33,639 nucleotides of DNA from the IMG/VR virus record IMGVR_UViG_3300013767_000197, positions 1-33,639 of that record. The stretch is one strand, 5' to 3'. The DNA comes from a virus. Taxonomy: Duplodnaviria; Caudoviricetes. Positions 16,703-25,105 of the stretch are shown here, piece by piece. Made by a program: the position numbers and the translations under genes. The notes under the pieces were generated by a model. That model had not been told where the DNA came from and searched no databases. It saw only the letters and a list, made by a program, of their open reading frames with translations. Each line of letters opens with the position of its first letter. Positions within the stretch are counted from its first letter, which is position 1.

Positions 16703-17467
16703 ATGCCGATCCATATCCGGGCAGACAGCCGTGACGTGATGCGATCGCTGCGCAGATTGTCGCGCGAAGATGCCCCGATGGTTACGGCCTATGCGCTGAC
16801 CAAAACGGGGCAGGACATCAAGGCGGCGGAATACGCTTCGATGAAGGCTGTGTTCGATCGGCCGACCCGCTTTACGCTGAACTCGCTGTATCTGAAGACC
16901 GCCACAAAGACCGATCTCGTTGCGGTGGTCTACTTCAAGGAAGGGTTCGGCTCGATCCCCGCCTGGCGCTATCTGGGCCCGCAGGTTGAGGGCGGCCCCC
17001 GGCAGCACAAGGCGCATGAGAAGCGGCTGATCCGCGCCGGCCATATGAAGCCGGACGAGTATGCGGTCCCGGGCGCGGGCGCCAAGCTCGATCAGTTTGG
17101 CAACCTGTCTGGTTCCACGATCGAACGGATCCTGAGCCAGGTGCAGGCGGCGGAGCAGTTCGGCGGCTACCAGGCCAATGCGACGGACAGTCGCCGTTCC
17201 AAGGCAAAGCGCCGCAAGTCGGGACGTTACTTCGTTCTGCGGCCGGAGTTGTCGGGGCGGGCGGGGCGCAAGGTGCCGCCGGGCATCTACTTTCGCAAGG
17301 ATCTGAAGGAAATCGTGCCGGTGATCATGTTCGTGCAGGCGCCGCGCTACCGCAAGCGCTTCCCGTTCTATGAGACAGGCCGCGAGGTGTTTGCGGCGAA
17401 GTTCGCGCAGCATGGCCGTGACGGCTTCAATCGCTTCGTCGTCTCCCGGATGAAGAAAGCTGCCTGA
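16703..17467 (+). CDS. Neck / tail completion protein (lambda gpZ-like position)
   Basis: Basic protein with ALTKTG..FDRPTRFTLNS, QVEGG, LDQFGN, RFPFYE motifs. Confidence 0.7.
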   Translation: MPIHIRADSRDVMRSLRRLSREDAPMVTAYALTKTGQDIKAAEYASMKAVFDRPTRFTLNSLYLKTATKTDLVAVVYFKEGFGSIPAWRYLGPQVEGGPRQHKAHEKRLIRAGHMKPDEYAVPGAGAKLDQFGNLSGSTIERILSQVQAAEQFGGYQANATDSRRSKAKRRKSGRYFVLRPELSGRAGRKVPPGIYFRKDLKEIVPVIMFVQAPRYRKRFPFYETGREVFAAKFAQHGRDGFNRFVVSRMKKAA

Positions 17468-17895
17468 TGACCCATGCGCGCACCGAGCTCCGGGAACGTG
17501 TCGTTGCGCGGCTGACTGGCCTGCCGACCACGGGCGATCGGGTCTATCACGGCCGCACCCGGCCTTTGAAGGAAGGCCACGAGCCGACCCTCCTGGTCTA
17601 TGCGTTCAACGAACAGTCCGGCCGGCCGATCGAGGGCAATCCAGCATCGCTCGGCCGCACGCTGATGATGGTTGTCGAGGGGAGGGTGTCTCACTCCTCC
17701 GTCCCCGATGACCTGCTCGACCAGATCGCAAGCGAGGTCGAGGGCGCGCTCCGGAATTCGGAAGATGCGCTGCAGGTTTTCGACATCATGCTGCAGTCGA
17801 CGGCGGTTGAGGTGAATTCAGACGGCACCCGCCACATCGGCGAGATCAATCTCGTGTTCCTCATCCGGTACTGCGAGCCGGACGAAGCAGAATAG
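17467..17895 (+). CDS. Tail terminator protein
   Basis: MTHARTELRERVVARL, DDLLDQIASEVEGAL; precedes the tail tube gene. Confidence 0.7.
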   Translation: MTHARTELRERVVARLTGLPTTGDRVYHGRTRPLKEGHEPTLLVYAFNEQSGRPIEGNPASLGRTLMMVVEGRVSHSSVPDDLLDQIASEVEGALRNSEDALQVFDIMLQSTAVEVNSDGTRHIGEINLVFLIRYCEPDEAE

Positions 17896-17952
17896 CCGCG
17901 CCCGCGCGGACGTATCGCGTCAATCTTAAACCTCAAACAGGAGACGAAGCCC

Positions 17953-18348
17953 ATGCCCGCAGGCGATGGAACGCTTGGCCGCAAGATCATCTTGAAATGG
18001 AACGGTACCACGATCGCGGGCGTCCGCGAGAAGGGCGTGGCGTGCGCCGGCGAGGCGATCAACGTCAGTGATGATGACGCCGATGGCGTGCGCCAGCTCC
18101 TCAGCGAAGCGGCTGAGGACACGGTCGACATCAGCCTCTCCGGGGTGCTGAAGAGCGATGTCCTGGCTGCGGCGTGGTTCAACAAGCAGCGGATGGGGAC
18201 CGTGGAGATCACGTATCCGAACGGCCGCGTGATCGCCGGTGATTTCTGGCTCGCCTCGTACAATGAGACCGGGGCCTACAACGACGCCACCACCTTCGAG
18301 GGATCGCTGCAGAACTCCGGCACCATCACGTTCACGCCCGGCACCTGA
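17953..18348 (+). CDS. Major tail tube protein (TP901-1/GTA-like family)
   Basis: GRKIIL..IAGVREK..INVSDDD..ISLSGV..GDFWLASYNETGAYNDATTFEGSLQNSG; RBS GGAG. Confidence 0.85.
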   Translation: MPAGDGTLGRKIILKWNGTTIAGVREKGVACAGEAINVSDDDADGVRQLLSEAAEDTVDISLSGVLKSDVLAAAWFNKQRMGTVEITYPNGRVIAGDFWLASYNETGAYNDATTFEGSLQNSGTITFTPGT

Positions 18349-18398
18349 CGGGCGTTCGCAATCCCATTCAACCCTGACAACTCCCGAAGGAGTGGAAG

Positions 18399-18809
18399 AT
18401 GGTCGATCTCGTTATTACCGCCGCCAACGTGGTGAAGGGCGCTGGCGCCAAGACCTTCCCCGGCACAATCGGCGAAACTGTAACCGCCGGCCAGCTCGCT
18501 GTTCGCGACGCGACCACCAAAAAATTCGTGAAGGCCGATTCCAACGGGGTGGCCGCCTTGAAGAAGGTGGATGGCATCTTCCTCAACGGAGGAGCCGTCA
18601 ACCAGCCCTGCGTGGTGCTGACCGAGGGGCCGATCACGATCGGCGCGACATTGACCGTCGGCGAGCGCTATTTCCTCAGCGATACCGCCGGAGGCATCAT
18701 CCCGACAGCCGACCTGTCGACCGGCGAGCAGGTCGTCTACATAGGCACGGCGATCTCCACGTCGGTTCTCGACGTCAAGATCCACAACCCGGGCGTGGCG
18801 GTGCCATGA
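18399..18809 (+). CDS. Hypothetical virion (decoration-like) protein
   Basis: RBS GGAG; GETVTAGQ..KAD..GIFLNG..YFLSDTAGGI..IGTA pattern. Confidence 0.7.
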   Translation: MVDLVITAANVVKGAGAKTFPGTIGETVTAGQLAVRDATTKKFVKADSNGVAALKKVDGIFLNGGAVNQPCVVLTEGPITIGATLTVGERYFLSDTAGGIIPTADLSTGEQVVYIGTAISTSVLDVKIHNPGVAVP

Positions 18810-19213
18810 GCGGAGCAGGAAGTTCGCCCTTCGACGATATCCATCTGGGCTGGGACGGTAAGCAGTTCACCATTCCCGCGCACCGCGTCATGGGTGCGAT
18901 CAAGCGTGTCGAGGATCACGTCACCCTGGCCGAACTTCAGGGGGACGCTGGCCGCGGCACGCTTCGGCTCGCGAAGCTCTCCGCCGCCTATGCGGAGGTC
19001 CTCCGATATGCCGGGGTGGCCGATGTGACCGAAGATGCGGTCTATGCCGGCATGTTCGGCGACCAGGCACAGCAGAACGTCGTCGGCGCCGTCGCTTCCC
19101 TGCTGGGCATGATGATCCCCCGTAACGTCAAGCTGGCGGTGACCAAACCGGGGGAAGGCAATCGGCGGGCGCGCAAGGCCGCGCGCAGCTCGTCGAAGCG
19201 GCGTACAAGCTAG
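18806..19213 (+). CDS. Tail assembly chaperone (gpG-like)
   Basis: ATGA overlap; position before the tape measure gene; slippery G GGG GAA at 19150-19156. Confidence 0.75.
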   Translation: MSGAGSSPFDDIHLGWDGKQFTIPAHRVMGAIKRVEDHVTLAELQGDAGRGTLRLAKLSAAYAEVLRYAGVADVTEDAVYAGMFGDQAQQNVVGAVASLLGMMIPRNVKLAVTKPGEGNRRARKAARSSSKRRTS

Positions 19214-19389
19214 CGGTTGGCGCCTGGGGCATGTCCCCGGGCGATTTCTGGGCGCTTCATCCGGTCGAATTCTGGTGGCTGGTCGAAGCGAAAACGCCGG
19301 TCAAGCGCTACGGCTCGATGACCGAGGCTGAGGTCGCGGAGATCTACCGCGAGGCCTATGGCGAACCGCCTGAGCAAGGTGAGGAATGA
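19150..19389 (+). CDS. Tail assembly chaperone gpT-like -1 frame extension (in-frame ATG at 19231)
   Basis: The -1 frame is open from the slippery site to TGA 19387-19389 and reads ...WGMSPGDFWALHPVEFWWL..., typical of alphaproteobacterial tail chaperones. Confidence 0.75.
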   Translation, partial: GGRQSAGAQGRAQLVEAAYKLAVGAWGMSPGDFWALHPVEFWWLVEAKTPVKRYGSMTEAEVAEIYREAYGEPPEQGEE

Positions 19390-21380
19390 TCCAATCTGCA
19401 GTGATGGGCGCGCTGTCGATCGTGATCGGCGGCGACGTCTCCGGGCTCGACAAGGCCGCGGCCAAGGCTGAGCTGACGGTCGCCAAGCTGACGAAGGGCT
19501 TGAACGCCCAGGTCACGCAGCTTGCGACCTATGCTTCGGTAGCCGCCGCGGCCGGCGCGGCGCTTGCCGTGGGTCTCCTCGCGAAGTCGATGGACACCAT
19601 CGACGCGCAGTCGAAGCTGGCGCATCGGCTCAATGGGACAGTTGCTGAGCTGCAGTCCCTGGTGCACGCCGCGGACCTTGCCGGCGTGTCACAGGATGCG
19701 CTTGCAACGGCCGTCGGCCGGATGAACGTGAAGCTGGCGGAGGCCGCCAGAACCGGCTCAGGGCCGGCCTACGAGGCTCTGCAGCGGCTCGGCCTGTCGG
19801 CCAAGGATTTTCTCGCGCTGCCTGTCAACGAGCGGTTGGCGACGCTCGCTGATCGCTACAAGGACCTCGGTTATTCGACTGCCCAGCAGGCGGATTCCCT
19901 CAAGCAACTCGGCGTCAAGGGGCAGGAGATCATCAACCTGTTCGAGGGCGGCGGTGACGGCATCCGCGACGCCACCAAGGACGTCGAGGCCTTCGGGGTC
20001 GCGATTTCCGATATCGATGCCGCGACCGTGGAATCCGCCAACGACGCATGGACGACGGCGCGCCTGGCGCTAACGGGTATCGGTAACCAGCTCTCGATCA
20101 CGCTGGCGCCCTTGATCAAGGATGTGGGGGACAAGTTTGCCGATGCCGGGCGGGAATCTCACGGCTTCGCGGAGGCGATACAGCAGGGGGTGCTCACGGC
20201 CGTCATCATGTTCGGCCGAGTGCAGAAGGAAATCTACACCACGCGCCTCGATCTGGATCAGATGTCGGCGGACTTTTTCAGCAACTGGAACGCCATCGTC
20301 CGGGTGATGCGGGATGAGTTTCCCAAACTGAGCGGCGATTTGGGTTTGCGTCAGATCGAGCACAATTTCGGCAACCTCAAGCACACGCTGGAAAAGCCGC
20401 CGTCGGATGATGACTGGAAGGCATGGTTCGAGAAAATAAATGCCGAAGCAAAGGAAGCTGCCAAAAAAGTCATCGAGGAGCGCGAGAAAACCAAGCCCGG
20501 CGGCGATACCGGCGACGGTCTCGATGAGAACGAGCGTAGGGCGCTGCAGAACAGGCTTGACCGTCTCAGAAAATCGATTGCGTCGGAAGACGAACAGAAG
20601 CGGATTGCGCGCGACGACGAACTGAAGGACCTCAAGGAGTTTGAGGACAAAAAGATCATCTCGGCGCAGGAAGCGGCCGCGATCCGCCTGCAGATCGAGG
20701 ACAAGTACCGCAAGGACCTGCAGGACCTGGTCGCTTCCCGGTTCGAGGACAGTGTCGCCACCGAGGACGAGTTGCTGGCAAGGAAATACGCCAAGCAGCT
20801 CGAGGACCTGCAGAAGTTTGAAGACAACAAGACCCTCACGGTTGAGCAGGCTGCCGACATTCGCCGCAAGATCGAGGAAAAGGCCAAGCAGGCCTCCATC
20901 CAGATCCAGGCTGCGCAGTATTCGGCGCTCGCCGGCATCGTCGACACGTCGATGAGCGACATCACCAGCCTGGTGGGTGATGAGGGCGACAAGCAGTTCA
21001 GTATCTTCAAGGCGATCTCGGCGGCAACGGCGCTGGTCAAGGGCTATGAGGCCGTGGTTTCGGCCTATGCGGCGGGCTCGAAAATCGGTGGACCGGCGGT
21101 CGGCGCGGTGTTCGCCGGCATCGCCGCTGCAGGCGTTGCGGCGCATATCGCCAAGTTGATGGCCGTCAATGTCAACAGCGCCGGCGGTGGCGGCAGTGTC
21201 GCCGCGGCCGGCGGCGGTGGTGGCGGCGACGCGGCATCCGCGGCGTCACAGCCGGCCGCGCCCCAGCAATCCCTGTTCCTGTCGATCAACGGCAATTTCT
21301 TTGGCCGCGAGCAGGTCCGCGAGCTCGCCGGCAAGCTGATCGATTTCCAGAACGACGGCGGCAAGGTGGTCCTGGCCTGA
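19386..21380 (+). CDS. Tail tape measure protein
   Basis: Long Ala-rich helical protein; GALSIVIGGDVSGL N-terminus; follows the chaperones. Confidence 0.9.
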   Translation: MIQSAVMGALSIVIGGDVSGLDKAAAKAELTVAKLTKGLNAQVTQLATYASVAAAAGAALAVGLLAKSMDTIDAQSKLAHRLNGTVAELQSLVHAADLAGVSQDALATAVGRMNVKLAEAARTGSGPAYEALQRLGLSAKDFLALPVNERLATLADRYKDLGYSTAQQADSLKQLGVKGQEIINLFEGGGDGIRDATKDVEAFGVAISDIDAATVESANDAWTTARLALTGIGNQLSITLAPLIKDVGDKFADAGRESHGFAEAIQQGVLTAVIMFGRVQKEIYTTRLDLDQMSADFFSNWNAIVRVMRDEFPKLSGDLGLRQIEHNFGNLKHTLEKPPSDDDWKAWFEKINAEAKEAAKKVIEEREKTKPGGDTGDGLDENERRALQNRLDRLRKSIASEDEQKRIARDDELKDLKEFEDKKIISAQEAAAIRLQIEDKYRKDLQDLVASRFEDSVATEDELLARKYAKQLEDLQKFEDNKTLTVEQAADIRRKIEEKAKQASIQIQAAQYSALAGIVDTSMSDITSLVGDEGDKQFSIFKAISAATALVKGYEAVVSAYAAGSKIGGPAVGAVFAGIAAAGVAAHIAKLMAVNVNSAGGGGSVAAAGGGGGGDAASAASQPAAPQQSLFLSINGNFFGREQVRELAGKLIDFQNDGGKVVLA

Positions 21381-22192
21381 TGATCGTCATCTCCTCTGCG
21401 CTGGTCCTTTCGCCGGCCGCGCCGTCGCTGTCGCTGAATAACCCGATGTTCGGGTATCGGAACTTCGTAACGGCCACGGGCATATCGGCCGACACGGAGG
21501 ATCCGGATTACCCCGCCAGCAATCTTGCCAATCCGCTGACCTTCCCGGATGCCGAGTGGCGCGCGGCCGACACGACAGACCAGTATCTGACCTTCACGAT
21601 CGCGGAAATCGATCCTGCCAACTTCCTCGGAATCGCCGGGCATAATTTCGGCTCGGCGGAGATCGCCATTCTGGTCGAGGTGTTCGTCGACGGGGATTGG
21701 GAGGAGCTGATCCCCGAGCACATGCCGGCGGACGATTCACCGCTGATGTATCGCTTCGAGGAGCAATCCGTCTCGCAGTTCCGGATTCATCTTGCGGAAG
21801 GAAATGAACCGGGGCACGCGGCGTTCGTGAGTTTTGGCCCGGCGCTGATTGCGCAGCGCCGCCTCTATGTCGGCCATGCCCCGCTGAAGATGGCGCGGTC
21901 GACGGATGTCGTCAGCGGCATGAGCGAGGCCTCGGATTTCCTCGGGCGGGTAGTGCTGGGCGAAAGTGTCGGAACGACGATCGATTTCAAGAACCTGACG
22001 CCGGACTGGTACCGCGCAAACTTTGATCCGTTCCTGGTCGCGGCCAAGAGGGTGCCGTTCTTCTTCGCCTGGCGTCCTTTGCAATATCCGCAGGAGGTCG
22101 GCTTCTGCTGGCTTACCAACAATCCGAAACCCGTCAACCAGCGCAACAACGGCATGATGAGCGTGCAGCTGCAGGTGAACGGCATTGTCTGA
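21380..22192 (+). CDS. Distal tail / minor tail protein
   Basis: Follows the TMP; YPASNL, IAGHN, PFFFAWRP motifs. Confidence 0.7.
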   Translation: MIVISSALVLSPAAPSLSLNNPMFGYRNFVTATGISADTEDPDYPASNLANPLTFPDAEWRAADTTDQYLTFTIAEIDPANFLGIAGHNFGSAEIAILVEVFVDGDWEELIPEHMPADDSPLMYRFEEQSVSQFRIHLAEGNEPGHAAFVSFGPALIAQRRLYVGHAPLKMARSTDVVSGMSEASDFLGRVVLGESVGTTIDFKNLTPDWYRANFDPFLVAAKRVPFFFAWRPLQYPQEVGFCWLTNNPKPVNQRNNGMMSVQLQVNGIV

Positions 22193-24464
22193 GGGCAAGC
22201 TCAGTCTCGTCATCTTCGAGCTGGATGTCTCGTTTTGCGCCAAGCGCTATGGCGAGACGAACGGGGCGGGGACGTGCCCGGCGGTGCTCGGTATGTCATC
22301 GCTCACCAAGTGCTACAACTCGATCGCGACATGTCCGGTGAAGCTGTCCTATGCGGACGAGACGGTCACGCTACGCTTTACCAAGAGTGTAGCCTATCGT
22401 CCGAAGGGCCTCGACTGCATCCCGTCCCTGGTCTCGGCATCGATCTCGCCGGGCACCATCAAGCCGGGTGAGAGCCTTGGCGAGCGCTCGACCTTGTCGG
22501 TGACGCTGCGCGATCATCCGCACCCGGACACGGGCGGGCGGTACGACAAATACCGTTCGGAGCGGGATTACGATCCGGTCGATCAGGGCACCTATTGGGG
22601 CAAGCTCCGGGCCCGGCAGCCGTATTTGCCCAGCCGGAAATGCCGGCTGATCCTGGGGCATGTCGAGGACGGCGTGTTCATCGAGGAGGAGCGCCGAACC
22701 TTCTTCGTCGAGAGTTTTGAAGGGCCGACGCTTGCCGGCACGTTCACGATCGAGGCAAAGGACGCCTTCAAGTTCCTCGACGGCGACCGCGCCATGGCGC
22801 CGGAGATGAGCAACGGCTTTCTGCTCGCCGATGTCAGTGCCACCGCAACGTCGTTCACGCTCTCGCCATCCGGCATTGGCAATGCGGAGTATGCGACCTC
22901 GGGCCTGCTGGCGATCGGCGGCAAGGAGATCGTGGCCTTCACGCGTTCCAACGACGTCATCACCATCGCCGGAGGGCTGGCGGGGCGCGCACAGAAGAAC
23001 ACGGCGGCCGTTGCGCACAAGGCACAGGACCGCGTGCAGACAGTGCTTTCCTTCTTCGGCGAGGATGTTGCGGATATCCTGCAGACCCTGATGGTTGACT
23101 ATGCAGAAGTCCCTGCGGACTACATCCCCATCGACGACTGGCACACGGAAACCGAGGGCTTTCTCGGCACGGTCTATACCGCTGATATTGCCGAGCCGAC
23201 GCCGGTCAAGACGCTCTGTGATGAGCTGATCGAGCAGGCGGCGCTATGTGTGTGGCCCGATGATGTCGCGGAGAAAATCCGGCTCACGGTTCTGCGTGCC
23301 ATCCCAACTGACGCGAAACTGTTCGATGAACATAACCGGGTGAAAGATGCTCCACTCGGGATCAACGAGCAGACCGACAAGCGCCTCTCGCAGGTATGGA
23401 CGCGGTACGCCCAGATCAATCCACTGAAGGCGATCGATGACGACGACAATTTTCGCTCCCAGCAGGTGACGGTCGATCTCGAGGCGGAGACCCTCAACGG
23501 GTCCTCCGCCATCAAGGTGATCAATTCGCGCTGGATTCCACAGAACGCCCGAGCGGTGGCGCAGAAGCTGAACAACAAGCTCTTGGCGCGGTACCGCACA
23601 GCGCCGCGGCTCTTTGACGTCGCGGTCATGCGCTATACCGAGAGTGATCCGGAGCTGGGCCGCGGCTGCAACATCGGCTCGCACCTGTTCCAGGACGCTT
23701 CAGGCGGGCGGGTCAATGTGCCGGCGCAGGTGATCCGACTGTCCCCGATGCAGGACCGTCTTCTGGCCCAGGCTGAGGAGATGCGCTTCGATCCATTGCC
23801 GGGTGAAGATATTCCACACCTCGTAATCATCGATTCCGACAGCTTCAACATCGATCTTCGCGCGCTCCACGACTCCCAATACCCGGAAGCCGAGAGCGGC
23901 GACACGGTTACTTTTGTCATCAATGAGGGCGTGACCGTTGGATCGAAGTTGGCGTCAGTGCCAGCGCTCTTGATCGACAATGGCTGGGCGGCGGGCGTGA
24001 GCATCGTCGGAATCATCCGTGGCCGCATCCAGGGTAAGGGTGGCAAGGGCGGCGATAGCTATGGCGCCCTAAACGGCGAGGCGGGTGGCACGGCGCTCTA
24101 TACGCGGTGGCCGATTAGTCTCGATGTTGCGTCTGGGCAAATCTTAGGTGGCGGCGGCGGCGGTGCTGCCCTCTTCACTTACTTCGGCGGCGGCGGTGGC
24201 GCGGGACAGGATCCTGGGCTCGGCGGCTATGGCAATAGCCCGGCACAGGCTGGCAGTCCGGGCACCAACACGACCGGCGGTGCCGGCGGCTTCACCGGCG
24301 GCACCGGCAGGGGCGGCGCGGGCGGCGGGATTGGTCAGCCTGGGACAGACGAGGTGCCAAACACTTCCTCGACGCCGGGCGCTGCCGGCAAGGCGATCGA
24401 CGGTGTCAGCTACATCACCGTGACAGCCGGGCCTGGCGACATCCGCGGGCCGCAGGTCAACTGA
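22185..24464 (+). CDS. Tail tip / baseplate hub protein with Gly-rich C-terminus
   Basis: CYNSIATC, GESLGER, GTYWGKLRAR motifs; C-terminal GKGGKGG..ILGGGGGG; TTG start overlapping the upstream gene. Confidence 0.75.
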   Translation: MSEGKLSLVIFELDVSFCAKRYGETNGAGTCPAVLGMSSLTKCYNSIATCPVKLSYADETVTLRFTKSVAYRPKGLDCIPSLVSASISPGTIKPGESLGERSTLSVTLRDHPHPDTGGRYDKYRSERDYDPVDQGTYWGKLRARQPYLPSRKCRLILGHVEDGVFIEEERRTFFVESFEGPTLAGTFTIEAKDAFKFLDGDRAMAPEMSNGFLLADVSATATSFTLSPSGIGNAEYATSGLLAIGGKEIVAFTRSNDVITIAGGLAGRAQKNTAAVAHKAQDRVQTVLSFFGEDVADILQTLMVDYAEVPADYIPIDDWHTETEGFLGTVYTADIAEPTPVKTLCDELIEQAALCVWPDDVAEKIRLTVLRAIPTDAKLFDEHNRVKDAPLGINEQTDKRLSQVWTRYAQINPLKAIDDDDNFRSQQVTVDLEAETLNGSSAIKVINSRWIPQNARAVAQKLNNKLLARYRTAPRLFDVAVMRYTESDPELGRGCNIGSHLFQDASGGRVNVPAQVIRLSPMQDRLLAQAEEMRFDPLPGEDIPHLVIIDSDSFNIDLRALHDSQYPEAESGDTVTFVINEGVTVGSKLASVPALLIDNGWAAGVSIVGIIRGRIQGKGGKGGDSYGALNGEAGGTALYTRWPISLDVASGQILGGGGGGAALFTYFGGGGGAGQDPGLGGYGNSPAQAGSPGTNTTGGAGGFTGGTGRGGAGGGIGQPGTDEVPNTSSTPGAAGKAIDGVSYITVTAGPGDIRGPQVN

Positions 24465-24477
24465 AGGATTTCCTTGA

Positions 24478-25083
24478 ATGGCGATCTACGCGCGATACCA
24501 GGCCACCACGATGGTCAAGAGCGGCGGGTTTTTTACCGTTGCGCTGGGCGCACACATTGAGGTGCGCAGCGAAGTCCCCGGCCAGCCATTGGTCGCCTTG
24601 AAGCAAAACCGAGACGGCAGTTCGGGTCTGTCGAATCCGTTCAATGCCGACGCCAACGGCTTCTTTGCTTTCCATGTTGTCGGAGGCTCCTACCAGATCA
24701 AGGTCTATACCGACGGCGGGGATGAACAGACCCTGCGCTATGTTCCGATCGGACTCAACGCGGAATCCGACAGCATATCGCAGCGGACCCAGCGCGAGGT
24801 GACGGCGGCGGGTGCAGTGACGATCGATGCTGCCGATGCCGATATCGTCGTCATCAATAAGAGCGTCGGGGCTGCGACGACGGTGAATCTTCCTTCTGCA
24901 GCGGTGCGAACGACGCCGGTCATGATCGTGGATGGCAAGGGCGATGCCGGGACGAACAACATCACGATCGTGCCCGTCGCCGGGCAGAAGGTTTACGGGA
25001 CGGTCGACTTCCAGCCCAAGATCGACGGCAACGGCGGAAGCCTGATCCTGACACCTAAAGCCGACGGCTCCGGCTGGTTCTGA
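24478..25083 (+). CDS. Tail fibre-associated protein
   Basis: NPFNADANGFFAF N-terminal fibre/spike attachment-type motif; TVNLPSA..IVDGKGDAGTNNITI. Confidence 0.65.
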   Translation: MAIYARYQATTMVKSGGFFTVALGAHIEVRSEVPGQPLVALKQNRDGSSGLSNPFNADANGFFAFHVVGGSYQIKVYTDGGDEQTLRYVPIGLNAESDSISQRTQREVTAAGAVTIDAADADIVVINKSVGAATTVNLPSAAVRTTPVMIVDGKGDAGTNNITIVPVAGQKVYGTVDFQPKIDGNGGSLILTPKADGSGWF

Positions 25084-25105
25084 TCTCCACACGGGAAACT
25101 CTACA

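Noticed and set aside
18239-19213. 324-aa ORF as a single gene
   Set aside because: The first 189 codons overlap two better-supported genes; the coupled start at 18806 is preferred.
6221-23144. Long minus-strand ORFs (e.g. 6221-7333, 7677-8813, 10041-11285, 16226-17413, 20070-21146)
   Set aside because: They are antisense shadows of well-supported high-GC genes and show no recognisable motifs.
4959-24464. Gene transfer agent
   Set aside because: The tail tube and chaperone look GTA-like, but the replication initiator, cos-like site, GpA terminase, lambda-type portal and tRNA adjacency indicate a true prophage.
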